Shown in pieces: positions 25,571-38,389 of a stretch of 64,000 bases of DNA. The stretch comes from Vicugna vicugna. Lineage: Eukaryota. The stretch is from positions 1,332,527 to 1,396,526 of the forward strand of contig MU057880.1 of the NCBI GenBank assembly GCA_013265495.1. Direction: 5' to 3'. How positions within the stretch are numbered: the stretch's first letter is position 1; the number at the start of each line of letters is the position of its first letter. Under the pieces are notes generated by a model that did not search any database, was not told where the DNA came from, and was given only the letters and a program-made list of their open reading frames with translations. The position numbers and the translations under genes were made by a program.

Positions 25571-27564
25571 TGTTACTCCGTCTGGGTTGTGAAGATTAAA
25601 TGCATTTGTACCTGGAAAGTCCTAAAAAGTGTGTTAAAAAGTAAATGTTTGCAATTATTAAATATTAACATAGTATCTACATTAAACTATTTCCTGTATT
25701 GGGACTTTTGTCATTTTCAACTCAGTTTCTCACAATTACAACCTTTCTTCTCATCTTCTATGGTTTTGTTTTTCTTCTTCCTTTCATGGTTTTGTTTTTG
25801 TTTTTGTTTTTTGGTTGTTGTTTTTAATTTCTCTTTTCACTTTTATTCTAAAAGTGCAACCTTACTGCTTCTTTCGCTACCACTGGATTTCTTTGTCAGT
25901 GGAAACAATGAATAGTGTAACAGTCACTAATTAAAAAATCAATCCAATAAATATGTTTTGGAGGAAGAAGTTTGTGACAAAGCATGAAGAGAATGTGCCT
26001 GCTTTCAACAACCTCTGTAAAAACTATTTTGTATGGTGGATCAGCTTTTATACTAAGAGATCCAACATTTCATATGCACAAAGCAATAGGATTGAAATTA
26101 TTGTTCTTTTATTTAATAAAATAATCAGGGAAAGAGAAAATCCTGATTCTATTTAGCACTATAGAATAACAGAGAGGAAAAGGTAAGCTTTTTCATCGTT
26201 CTAGTCCCTGGGTTTTATTCACACTGGAGTTAATGCAGGAAGCAGTGAAATAAACCGCCAGAACTACCTGCTCATAGACAATATTACTGTGGCCCCTATA
26301 AGGAAATATAACAAGCATCTCTGTCCTCAGTTTATTCAGAGCTATCAGAGGTGGGATGGGGAGTAAAGAGAACTGTGGTATGTCAGCGCGAATATTCCAT
26401 TCTTAAGTGTGTCTTTTCTTTCCAATACAGAAAGGGGATAGAGGTTAGAGAAATCCGAAGACGAAGCAAAATAATTGTTAGAATTCTCTCATACAGGAAG
26501 GGCTATGTGGTGGCGCAAAATAGCCCTGTGATTTTCTTCCCACTAAATGAAAGAGGAGGGAACTGCAGAGAGCAGCAGTGATTATTCAGTACAGGTTAAG
26601 AGACCTAGAATCAAAGAGCATCTCACCAGTGCCCTGTAAGAAGACCCTTATTCCTTGTGTGCATCGCCAAACGTGGAGATAAAAATGTCTTCCTGTAAGT
26701 TTAGTTCCATCAACTATTTTGTACAAAATGTATCCTGAATACATAAGCACCATAGCAACAGCTTCTGTTGGTTTTTGTCAACCACAGTGAATCATACAAA
26801 ATAGATGATTGATAGGAAAGAATCAACAATTTTATCAATACAGTCTACACCTTGAGAAAGATGGCAGTGTCATTTTGTATAGCAGCTCATGAATGTTTCA
26901 GGATTGGTGGTCTACTCTTTAGAGTATTGTGGTTTCTTATTTCTTCATTGTTAATAAAATGATTTTTCTATAGAATTGCTCGTGGGTATTATATCTTGAG
27001 CTACAACCATTATTCTGTGGGTTAAGAACCTATTGTTTTCATTTGGGGCTTTCTATGTCTCCATGGAAACTGTCCATGAGTTAGGTGTTTATGATTGATT
27101 TGTGGTCCTTGATGAAGCAAACTTTTGATGAAATAAATCCCTTCATGAGCCATTTATTTTTTGTCTGAAAATTTCAGAATTTTTTCCCCTAAGATTCAGT
27201 GCCCCATTTAGTTTCTTGGTTTTAGTTTTTGCAGTGTACTTATCAGGCTGTTTCTAATTTTATCTGTTGTACTTGCTTTTTATAAATTCCTCCACTTCCT
27301 CTTTCAAATGGTTCTGTGGTGGTGGTGAGAACTGTCCTGGCCTGTCTCAGAAGTGACTGTTCTCCTTCCGATATTTTATTCAGTGCAGAGTTGCAAACAG
27401 AAAAACCTGCTTTCAGCATCACACCTGTCTGAGATGCTCCCCTATTTCTTGAATAATTTGGGGGATGGAATTAATTTTCCTTCCACTTTTTTTTCCTTTA
27501 GCAAACTTGTAATGAAGCTAAGCAGACAAACATTCTTATTTATGAGGCAAAATCAAAGTATTTT

Positions 27565-28041
27565 TGACACACGAAAGATGGGGCAGGGGTGGGTGGTCAG
27601 GTCCCAGGTGAGTCCCTGGGATGCACTTCATCAAGTAAGGATTTTCAGCTTCGCCCAGAAAAGGATTCAAGAATGAGCCACAGTAAAGTAAAAGCAGATT
27701 TATTCAGAAAGATGCCCACTGTGCAGACAGAAGGCGAGAGAGAGCAGCCACAAGGTGTGGGGTTGTTCGGTTTTATGAAATTTCATATGCTAACAAGTTG
27801 GAAGATTATTCCAGCTGCTTTGGGGAAAGGGCTGGGATTCCCAGTCACTGGGCCACCACCCACATTTTTACCTTTATGGCCAGCCTGCCACCTGTGGGAG
27901 GACCATTTAGCAGCTGTTGTATTTCAATGAGTGGATATTGAAGCCCAGAGTCTACTGGGAGTTGAATCTTCCATCGTCTTGGTGCTAATGACTGTTTCAT
28001 TCTTTTAATGACTGTGCCCGGCCCCCTTCCCGCCTGTCTCA
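27565..28041 (-). mobile_element. Solo ERV1-like LTR
   Basis: TG...CA termini, flanks TTTT/TTTC, minus-strand AATAAA (tttatt) near 27700, GC shift relative to flanks. Confidence 0.75.
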
Positions 28042-28339
28042 TTTCCATCAAGCATTTGCAAATATTAATTTCCCTAATTCACGCTATTCATTTTTATTAA
28101 AATATTTTAACTTATATCATTATGAGTATATATATTTAGAATTTTATCCAGGAACATGAGCATATTCCAATATTTTTGGTAACAGTATTCTAATTGCAAT
28201 GCTTTAACACTAGTATTAGAGAATATTAGCATTAGAGAATACTAGCCTTATAACTTAATACTTAAATAAAATTAAAAAATTGTATTTCCACAGAACTCCG
28301 GCAACAATATATGAAAATTTTAGTTGCCTTGGTGGGGGC

Positions 28340-28500
28340 AGGGGAGTGGCATCTCCTGGTTTTGATTTGTATTTCCCTGATGGCTGATGAGATGAACATC
28401 TTATCATGTGCTTATTAACTATTTGTATACCTTCTTTGGGGAAATGCCTATTTAGCTTCTATGCCTGGTTTAAATTGGGTCATCATTTTATGGTTGAAGC
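28340..28500 (-). mobile_element. Old L1 ORF2 fragment
   Basis: ttgatttgtatttccctgatggctgatga...catgtgcttatt is the antisense of the REMQIKTT region. Confidence 0.8.
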
Positions 28501-28591
28501 TTAGACTTGTTCTTTTTTAATTAATGAAAGTGGTCCCCCCACCCCAAAGCTGTTTTATAACTGGTGAGTTTTAACTGACTTAAAAAAAATT

Positions 28592-28743
28592 GGGGGTAGA
28601 GTATAGCTCAATTGGTAGAGCACATGCTTGGCATATACAAGGTCCTGGGTTCAATTCCCAGTACCTCCTCTCAAAGTAAATAAGTAAATCTAATTACCTC
28701 CTACCCATTGCCCCCCCCCAAAATACAGAAATTTGAAAAAAAA
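28592..28743 (+). mobile_element. Camelid tRNA-derived SINE (Vic-1-like)
   Basis: tatagctcaattggtagagc (A box), ggttcaattccc (B box), aaatctaattacctcc body, A tail. Confidence 0.92.
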
Positions 28744-31579
28744 GATTTCTACTCTTACTGTAGACTCTGGTCTCCTTAAATCTAATATATAACATTGATT
28801 TTATATACAAGTGTCAATATAGTTTTGTATTTATTTAAGCATCAATCATAGCAAAATGATTTCATTAAGCAGTAGTTCTAAAATGATACTGTCTTTTTCC
28901 AAGATAACATTTTTGGAGAAGAAACACACAAAGCCTGTCTAGTAAAGCAAAAACTGCTTATTGCTTAGCAATTAGTGGGACCTGATACCGCAAAACTTTT
29001 GCAGTTCCAGGAAGACCTGGCATTTAGAAATGACATTATTGTTTGAATAGAAGCCATTTATTAAACGATGCTAACTTTTTCCTATTCTCCCTTGGTAATT
29101 TCCCCTGAACGTCTCTGTAGGAAAATTAACAATGTTGTCAACACCAGCTACATGGCCAAACCTTAAAACCTTGAAGTTGGCTGGATGTTATAGCAGGGAA
29201 TAAAAATATATTCTGAAAAAATATATATTTCCTGCAAAACAGCAATATTCTAATATATTGATCTTGCAGAACCCTGGAAATACATGTTTGACTTTTAACA
29301 CGGAAGCTCTTTGTAGAGTGGTAAATTACAATTGAAATATACATGTAATTTGCCAAGGTAAATTACAATATAAATTAAAACACTACAAAAATGGTTTTAA
29401 AAAAAATTATTAATACATTTTTCAAGACTATTCTCAAAGTGTCTTAAAAAATAATACCACTTGCTATTTGTAAAAAAAAAAAATTAATTATATTCTTGGA
29501 ATTTTTCTCATTAGACATACACATATCTGTCTTTCACAATAAAAACACCTTAACACATTTTTCAACCACTGCAAATTAATGTCTTTTTATTTAAAAAAAA
29601 GTAATACTTAAGGGACAAAATTTGTCTTAGTTTTTTTACCTGTAAGATTTCTGGGCACAAAGACTTGTTTGGTGGCCAGAGAACCCAGCATACTCTAAGT
29701 ACTTAATATATGTTTATTGAATGAATGAATAAAAGCTATTTTCTAATTGATGAGTTTTAACTGACTTAAAAAATGATTTCCAGCTTGTTCAAATTCATCC
29801 TAGAACATAACATTGATTTTATTTAAAAGTATCAATATAATTTCGTACTTGATAAAATAAAGGCTGTCCCACACTGTGGTGCCTGGGGAAACTTGGTCTG
29901 CTTCACCACAAGAGGTGAACCACCAGAACCATCAGGGATGCAGGGAGGGGGAGGGGGAGGGGAGGGGAAGGAGAGGATGGGTTGACAAAGGTGAAGGGAT
30001 TGCCCTCCCCCTGATGGGGTCCTCCCAGGCCCTCTGGTCTGGTCTGGCAGGACAGGGCAGGTCTGGGGCTGCCAGATGCTCTGGGCAGGGAGGGGGCTGG
30101 AGAGGGGCTCTCAGAGGCCTGCCCTCTAGAGCAATGAGCATGCAGCTCCCAGCCTGTCTGTCTGCAGGGCTCCTTGGTCCAGGACCTCCTCCTAGCAGTT
30201 TATTTGTGCGCAGCCCTGATGTCCGTCCTTGGGGCTGGCAGAGACCAGTTTGCTGGGAAGGGGTGCAGACTCAGGGCCCTCCTCCTTGCTTTCCCTATGA
30301 CATTTTTATATAGTCATTTCTTTATCTGAAGTAGGCTGTCTGTTATGGTCTAGGGTGTCTGTGAGAGTAACTGCTGAAAGGAGGAATCAAAGCCTTGCAC
30401 ACTGATCTCCCGCAGGGTTGCAGCTATTGGAGGAGTGGTCTCTGCGCTGTTTGCCCTTTAACCTCTCCCACCCTGTGAATTCCAAGTGGACCCAGTGTCT
30501 GTCTGAGGTCAGGGGTCTTCTTAGCAGCTGCCTTTGCATTCTGATCCTTTCTGGAGTCTTGGGAAAGCAATGGCGAGGAAATGCATTGTGTTTTACATTA
30601 TCTGTCCAGAGATCGACAAAACAAACAAACATTGATTACCACTGGACAGATTCTGATAAAGCTCTCTTCCTGCCCATCATTCCTCCCTGATTCTGGGTAT
30701 TTTTAGCCACTGCCAAATTAGCACTGCAGCAAAGCTGGGTAACAGGGCCTGTGTGAAGCCAGTGCTGAGAAATAACACACACTGAAAGCATTCGACTGGC
30801 AACAGATCAATTATTTCAACACTTTTCTTTTACTTGTAAGAATGCAAGCAATCTTAGGCATGAGTCAGTATTTTTAGAATCCTCGTTACAATAAGCTTCT
30901 TTCACTAATAGTCTCAATTAAGAAATTAAAACTATGTGGAGAAGAATTAGCAGGACAACAAGCCTCACTTCACCTTAATCATGAATAGGAATGCACTGCT
31001 TTTCCTCCCAAGGGATACAGAAATGCGGCGGGTGAGATCATTACATTTACTCTGAATTAAAAAGAAATTCGAGGAAGTGAAATATGAAAGAGATATTCTG
31101 GGGATAAGAGAACTTAGAGATGTAATCTGGTGATTACTCAACTGTTCTTATTCTGCAGATGAGGAAATTTAAGCCCAGAAATATGTATTTCACAAGAATG
31201 TCCCACACAAGAGACCAGGCAATACATCTGAAAACAGAGTTAACAGTTAACTTTCTGCAACACATTTACCAAAGAGAAGATGTGCAAAAGATAGCCACTG
31301 GCTAAACTGATGCCACAAACCCGTGGTCAAAGGCAAAGAACTTCACTCAAACACTGGCAGTTCTTCCTGCAGCTGAATTAGCGAAGTATCAGGGTTCCAG
31401 ATCCATCAGTGATGAGACGATGTGTCTGGGGGAAAGTCTTCTAACTGGTCCTCAGCAGTAATAAGTAATAGATGATCTGTCCGGAAGAAACAAATGACTC
31501 TTTGACCTTGATTGGCCAACTTTTAACATCTTGCAAAATAGACTATTGTTCTCTCTTGCTCTCTGTCTCTGTCTCAAGA

Positions 31580-31800
31580 TACACATATATACACACACAC
31601 ATTGTTATAATTTTTTTATCTGAACCATTTGAGAGTAGGCTGCATATGCCATGCTCCTTTATCTGTTAATGCTACTGTATGTATTTCCTAAGAACAAGGA
31701 TACTCTTACATAACCCTGGTACAGTTTGGAAATTCAGGAAAAGTTAACATTTCAATCTAATCTACATTTTTCTCTTGTAACCAATTACATCACAGTTTCA
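31580..31800 (-). mobile_element. L1MC-like 3' UTR fragment
   Basis: ctgaaccatttgagagtaggctgca...gtatttcctaagaacaaggatactcttacataacc. Confidence 0.75.
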
Positions 31801-32099
31801 GATTTATTCTTTTTTTGATTGTTTTCACAAAAATAAGCTGATAAATACGTGTTTTCTTACTTCCCTAAATAGGATTGTTTCGTACACAATTAAACCTACA
31901 CAAATAAAACACAAAGCCAAATTTAAAGTCATTTGTAGATTTTGAGGTATCTTTTATTCTTTCCAATGTCTCTGTCCTTACCTCTTTCCTTCCTTTTCCC
32001 CCATTGCTTAAAAGCATCCTCACAGGAGTCAAACTTGATTTCCCAAGGAAATCATGCTGTTGGCAGTAAGGATTCATTATGAGCTTCCAAACAGAGAAT

Positions 32100-32430
32100 T
32101 AATATTACCAAATCTAAGACTGTGGCAGCTGTGTGAAGGAGGAACCAAAAGGGGGAGACAGGAGAGATTGGAAGACCAAGTAAAGAAGTTACTGTGATTT
32201 TCCAGGGAAGAGATGCTGAAAGTCTGAAATCAGATCATGGCTAGAGGAGCAGGAAGTGGTGGGAGATGGCCCCTGTTTGACTTGAAGGATGAGTGGGGGA
32301 AGGTGAGGACACTACAGAGCTGTATACCCTTGGAGAGTGATACTGCTGTCATCCAAACTTGGAAAAGGGCAGGTGTTGTTTCAGGGGAGGGAGTAATGGT
32401 TTGGTGGTGAACCTGGTGAGTTAGAAAGGT
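32100..32430 (-). mobile_element. L2 fragment
   Basis: Purine-rich antisense L2 pattern: ggaagaccaagtaaagaagttactg...ccagggaagagatg. Confidence 0.55.
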
Positions 32431-32479
32431 TGGTATTCTAACCGTGTGGGGAGGGTCCCAGCACAGCACAATCACATAC

Positions 32480-32942
32480 AAGCATATGGAATATCACTCA
32501 GCCACGAAAAGGGATGCAATCATGCCATTGGCAGTGACATGGAGGGACCTAGAGATTATCATACTAAGTGAAGTAAGTCAGAGAACGACAAATACCATAT
32601 GATATTACTTACATGAAGAACCTAAAAAAAGACACAAATTAACTTACTTACGAAACAGAAACAGACTCACAGACATAGAAAACATTTATGGTTACCAAAG
32701 GTGAAGGGGGAAAAGATAAATTAGGAATAATTTGGGATTAGTAGACACACACTACTATGTATAAAATAGATAAAAAACAAGGACCTACTGTATATCGCAG
32801 GGAACTATATTCACTACCTTGTAATAACCCATAATGGAAAAGAATCTTAAAAGGAACGCATGTGTGTATATACGCATGACTGAATCACTTTGCTGTACAC
32901 TTGAGACATTGTAAATCAACTGTACTTCAGAACAAATTAAAT
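32480..32942 (+). mobile_element. 5'-truncated L1 3' end
   Basis: atggaatatcactcagcca...gacctagagattatcatactaagtgaagtaagtca...cattgtaaatcaact. Confidence 0.95.
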
Positions 32943-32968
32943 AGACCCACGTGCAGAAAACTCAAGGG

Positions 32969-33536
32969 GCTGAACTGGGTGTTGGGGAATGGTTTGCTCT
33001 AGAATTTCATTCTCTTGTTTCCGTTCAGAGCCGCCTTCTCTGCTTTGCGTGCCTGCAGGTAGGGCAGCGGTGAGCAAGGGGGACGCCTTTTGTTTCCTTA
33101 TGGTTAATCCAGGAAGCGAGGTCAAAGCATTGTGTCTGCACTTTATATTCTACATAGTCACACAGAACTGTGTGACTTAAAAGTGACTTAAAAGTCTACC
33201 GAATACCTTTATAAAGCCCAGGGTCTACCAAAGGCATTTTGTAATGGTGCAATGCTGAACTGGGTGTTGGGGAATGGTTTGCTCTAGAATTTCATTTTCT
33301 TGTTTCCGTTCAGAGCCGCCTTCTCCACTTTGCGTGCCTGCAGGTAGGGCAGCGGTGAGCAAGGGGGACGCCTTTTGTTTCCTTATGGTTAATCCAGGAA
33401 GCGAGGTCAAAGCATTGTGTCTGCACTTTATATTCTACATAGTCACACAGAACTGTGTGACTTAAAAGTGACTTAAAAGTCTACCGAATACCTTTATAAA
33501 GCCCTTTAAACATGAAATCCATTTTGTAATGGTGCA
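32969..33536. repeat. Tandem duplication, 285-bp period, two copies
   Basis: 32969-33251 versus 33254-33536: three substitutions plus one 15-nt replaced block. Confidence 0.97.
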
Positions 33537-34849
33537 TCATGGTGTTTGTAAAGAACTCTGACTAGTGAATTTTTCTCATTTTTTCCCTGCAGAACCAGAC
33601 TGATATCTGAGGTTGTATGTGGGAGTGAACACAGCACAGTGTCCAACTCCCACCCCTGTTTATGGGGAAAACACACACACAGAAACACACGCGCAGGTGC
33701 GTGTACATATTTCTGGAAAGAGCTCAAACTTCTATTGTTACCGAACTTCTTTCCATGGTGCAGAAATTTTGTTTTTCTTTACATATTAGTTTCCTGTTGT
33801 ACATGGAGAGGAAATGTTTTCTCTTGTTTCTAGCAAATAGTCATGCACGGAAAATGCAAAGCCTTGTTTGAAAGAGAAAGAATTCTCTATTCACCGGGAG
33901 AGAGGGAGGCTTTTGTGGAAGTTCTCAGTGCTCTGACTGCTCCCTCCTCCCGTCTGTTCAGCCACTTTTACTGACATAAAGGGCAGTATTGGTGCCTGGT
34001 CAGTGCCTAGACAGGCTCCATGAATACATAAAAAGGAACCCCTGTGCAGGACACTGAGTAAGGAATGGTGACGAGACTCTCCCGTTTTAGGTGTTCTGAT
34101 GAAGATGAGCGTGTTTCCGTGACAGCCCTCTGTTCCCTTCGACCAGCACGAGGAGTGGAGTTTCTGGGAAGCTGGAGGTCCCAGAAGCCCTGTGCCCTCG
34201 TGGGCATCCTCGCGCTAGCCCTCATCACTTGCCTTCACCACCTCTTTGCCATTTTTAACTCCACCGAATGGCTTGGCTTGAGCTCAGTGGATAACATAAC
34301 ATTTATTTTAATTATTATACTATATTTGACTTTTACATTAATCTGGTGCCCATCAGGTCTCTTTTTTGTTTTTGCCAAAGAAGGGTTATTAATTTCTGGA
34401 CTCCCACAGGAGAAACAGATGCTTCCTGAGTAGTAAGATCCAGCCTCGTCACCAGGACACGCGGACTTGGATTATATCTGTCACACATACGTTGGTATCA
34501 TGTGCCTGCATTTTCCTTCTTTCTTTCCCACTGGACCAGCGTAGTTTCTGCTCTTGATCATGAACATTTAAGCATTCCTGCCTCTTGATCTTCTTTTGTG
34601 TCTTCATCCCTCCTCCTCTCCACACGTCCCTGTAATATATTCCCCAACTCTCTCCAACTATTTGTGTTTCTGAATTTTCAAAATTTCACTGAGACACGTT
34701 TTGCCATCATCCCTCCCCTTTGTAACGTCTTCTCTTACTCGGAGCTTGATGACTGCGTACGAGCTCTGCTATTTATCAGACGACTGTACTGTCTCCTTTT
34801 CTATGTCTGCGTCTTGATGTTCTAAATCAATGTTGTGGGTAGAATAATG

Positions 34850-35055
34850 ATCGAAGCCTTGAGCTTTAGAGCTTGTCAGACTTTGGGTCGAACCCTTGCT
34901 CCCCTGCTAACTGGCTTTCACACCCTAAAGTTACTTAATCTCCATCAAGCTGCAGTCTCCTCATCTGTAAAATGAGTGCAATCATCATCAGAGCCATAAG
35001 GTAGTCACGGGGATTATTGGGATAATATATGTAAGAGATTTAGAGCAGTGTCTGC
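34850..35055 (+). mobile_element. MIR SINE
   Basis: aagttacttaatctcc...cagtctcctcatctgtaaaatg...gataatatatgtaa. Confidence 0.85.
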
Positions 35056-35714
35056 AAATTGGACCAGATGATTGCGCAAAACTACCTTTTGACTGTTTTT
35101 TTAAGAAACTATCAAATCTACAAATCAGTCAGTCAAACGTGGCTATAGTGTTTGACAAAGAACCACCGTACACCAAGGGGGTAACTTACCGGGCTGTATG
35201 CTTCATAAGACTGTTTCAGAGCAGAAGCCCTTTCCGTGGAAGACTCATAGTGGCATTAATAAACATGGTTTCCTCTTTTTTCACTCTCCCAGCTCCCTCC
35301 TAGTCATTAGGAATAAATCCCCAAATTTTGGCAAACTGAACATGTCAGCCTGGTGGTAGGTGTACACCGATGTCATTGCCCCTTTGTGCAAAAGGCAAAA
35401 GGAACTGAAAATCGATTTGACCTTTCTCCCACTGGAGGATTGAGGCCCCATGTGTTCCAGGATGGGCAGGAGGGCCTCCCTGACTACCCTTAGGGAGGCA
35501 GTTGCGAGCCATCCCCAGCTCTCTTCAGGATGTATAGAGGTGAAGTAGAGAGATTGCTGAGGGTCCCCCTCTACTGCCCGGGGCCAGTCTCATGCTTGCC
35601 AGCCTTGTCTTTTTGTTTGTTTGTTTGTTTGTTTTTTAAACATGCCTTATTTCTTCTCTCCTTAAAACTTATTAGAGAAACTGCGGCACAATTTCTTGAC
35701 CACGTTTCCAAATA

Positions 35715-36080
35715 GCTCAATTAAAAATGCATGAAAGGCCAACAGGTATGTGAAAAAATGTTTAACATCTCTGGTCATCAGGGAAATGCAAATTAAAACC
35801 ATAATGGGTTATCAACTTTCAGCTGTCAGAATGGCTATCATCAAAAAGACAATAAATAACAAGCATTGGTGAGGCTGTGGAAAAAAGGGAACCCTGTGGG
35901 ACTATAAATTGGTGCAGCCACTGTGGGAAACAGTATGGACGTTTCCTCAGAAACTAAAAAGGCAACATCCATTGATCTGGCCATTCCACTTCTAGGAATA
36001 CATCCAAAGACAACACAAACGCTAACTTGAAAATATATCTGCGTCCCAACGCTCCCAGCAGTAACATTTACCATCACCAG
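35715..36080 (+). mobile_element. L1 ORF2 3' fragment
   Basis: catcagggaaatgcaaattaaaacc...gtcagaatggctatcatcaaaaagaca...ggtgcagccactgtgg. Confidence 0.9.
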
Positions 36081-36403
36081 CAAGAGAACTGGGATTCTGT
36101 AAAGTATTTGCTGAAACAATATGGGTTTTCTTTTTTTTTTTTTTTGGTGCGATCTTCACAATAGATCAAAAAATAAATTGAGAAAGAAAAGAATAAATTA
36201 ATCCATGGATTCTATCATCTATAATCAACGTGTGTCTGAGGGGAGAGGATGGTTAACATACAGTAACACAGAGGTGTCAAGTGATACCAGATGGGGGCGT
36301 CCATGGGGTCGCAAAAGGCACATGGCTGATGAGATTTGGGATTTCCTATTATTATATACTTCTCCCTAACCCTTTATGAATTTTTCCTCTCTATCACAGA
36401 GAT

Positions 36404-37037
36404 CAGGGGTAGGCAAGCTACCCTACACTGCAAACTTAAGCCAGCCAGCTTCCTCTTTTGTAAATAAAGTTTTATTAGTATTTATTTATTTAATTGAAGC
36501 ACACTCAGTTTACAATGTCTCATCAATTTCTCGTGTACAGCACCGTGTTTCAGTCATACATGTACCTACATATATTCCTTTTCATATTCTTTTTCATAAG
36601 TTACTGCAAGATAGTGAATATAGTTTCCTGTGCTATTCAGTATAAACTTGTTGTTTATCTATTTTATCTATAGTAATTAGTCTCTGCAAATCTTGAACTC
36701 CAGTTTATCCCTTCCCATCCCTCTTCCTCCCCAGTAACCATAAGATTGTTCACTATGTCTGTGAGTCTGTTTTTGCCTTATAGGTAAGTTCATTAGTATC
36801 TCCTTTTTTCCATTTTTCAATTCCACATACGAGGTGATAATCATATGGTGTTCTTCTTTCTCTTTCTGGCTTAAATAAAGTTTTATTTGAATGCAGCCAT
36901 ACCCACTGGTTTACCTGTTACCCAGGGCTGCGTTTGGGCTACAGCAGCAGAGCTGGGTACTGGTGGCAGAGACCAGGTGGCTAAAAATCTAAATATTTCC
37001 TACCTGTTCCATTTACAGGAAAAGCTTAGGATGCCTG
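36404..37037. mobile_element. MER58A DNA transposon split by an L1 insertion
   Basis: caggggtaggcaa...tttgtaaataaagttttatt [L1] ...cagccatacccac...aaatattt..tttacaggaaaag..cctg. Confidence 0.85.
36477..36871 (-). mobile_element. 5'-truncated L1 3' UTR (camelid type) nested in MER58A
   Basis: Perfect 16-bp TSD taaataaagttttatt at 36461-36476 and 36872-36887. Confidence 0.95.
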
Positions 37038-38389
37038 AACTCAATCACACAGTTAAAAATCAAACCAACAACACTACAGCTTGCCTCTCCTCTCCTCCAT
37101 GTGGAAGGCAAATCCATCCTGTTTATCTGGCTCTGTTTTAATATTTATTGTTTTCCTTACGTGCAAAAGTTGGGAATAACATTGTGTTTTCAGCTTATCT
37201 ACCTAAACATATGGGACTATTTCCTTTGGAAAATGTTACCAAAGTTAATGGTATTGAGTGTCTCCCTAAATTCTATAAATCACATCACGTTTGTTACTAT
37301 CCAAGTTAGCAATTGCTTCTGCAATTATTAAACAAGGAATATTTGAATATCTTCCTAATGTTTTAAGATTAAATAAAATGTTGAATTATTTAGCTGAATA
37401 TTTAATCTTTCTAATACTTTTGATTCTTTGGGAGCCAGATACGGGGAGATAAAAATATGCACCAGAGTTGTTCTCCATTTTTCTTTTCTGATTCTCTCCT
37501 GCTCATTTCCTTAGAGCACATATTGTTTTCAGCAACATCACACGTTCAAAATAAGTCAATGTCGAGTTCCTGAGTAAAGGAAGTCTTTGATGTCTTTGCT
37601 AATTATAGATTCTGCTTAGAGATACAAAATATATTTACAATGTTTTGTAGGGTTGTTGAAAGATAGAATTGCCCCAATCAGTTAAGTGAGGTGTATAGAG
37701 AGATTTAGGAAAGAAATTGTCTTCGATTCAATGATTTGGAGCTTTTTGAGTGCAAGTTGGTGGTAGCCTGAGAGTGAATCTGGGAGCGATGAGTAACGGT
37801 GTATCAAGGACAATTTAAGGGAATGGCTTTTGAGATTAAAGATCTGAAAAAAAGTACTCAGGAGAGAGACAGGATTTGGAATTGGTTCTCACACCGGGAA
37901 GGTACTTTCCTGTGGCAGCTTCCCAGCACATCTGCAGACAGATGCACTCAGCACTGTCAGGGGGAATTCTTTGAAGGATATTTGGCTATTTAAAATAGAA
38001 AATGCTGGTGTTTGTCCTAAAAGGGATTGTTACCGTCCTACTAATTATCCTGACTTCCGAATGAAATGCTGACTCATCAAAGGCATAGTTTTACTTCAAA
38101 GGACTGTAATACAGTAAATATCATAAAAACATGGAGTTGTGGGGATGGATAAAGCTAGCTGTGTTTGCATGTAAAACAAATTTTAAATAAAGCACGAACA
38201 TGTTTTAGACTTTCTGGTTTCATAGCAGTCCTGCTTCTGTAATTCTCCTTGGTCACCTTAATCAAAAAAATCACAAATATTTAGTTTATACTTTTAGCAG
38301 TCATTTAGCCTATGATAAAGGTAGACAAATCATTGTTGATTTCAAAGAAGCGAATTGTTTTATTGGTGTAAGTTTTCCTTAACAGTGCG

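Noticed and set aside
28205..28250. 16-bp tandem repeat tag(t/c)attagagaata(t/c)
   Set aside because: About 2.5 copies; ordinary slippage with no further structure.
28592..28670. tRNA genes (also about 17860-17932 and 62299-62370)
   Set aside because: The tRNA-like heads continue into SINE body or A tail, and at least one has a clear TSD. They are retroposons.
32969..33536. CRISPR-like or other prokaryote-style repeat system
   Set aside because: Only two long units in mammalian DNA, with no repeat-spacer array and no cas or RT gene.
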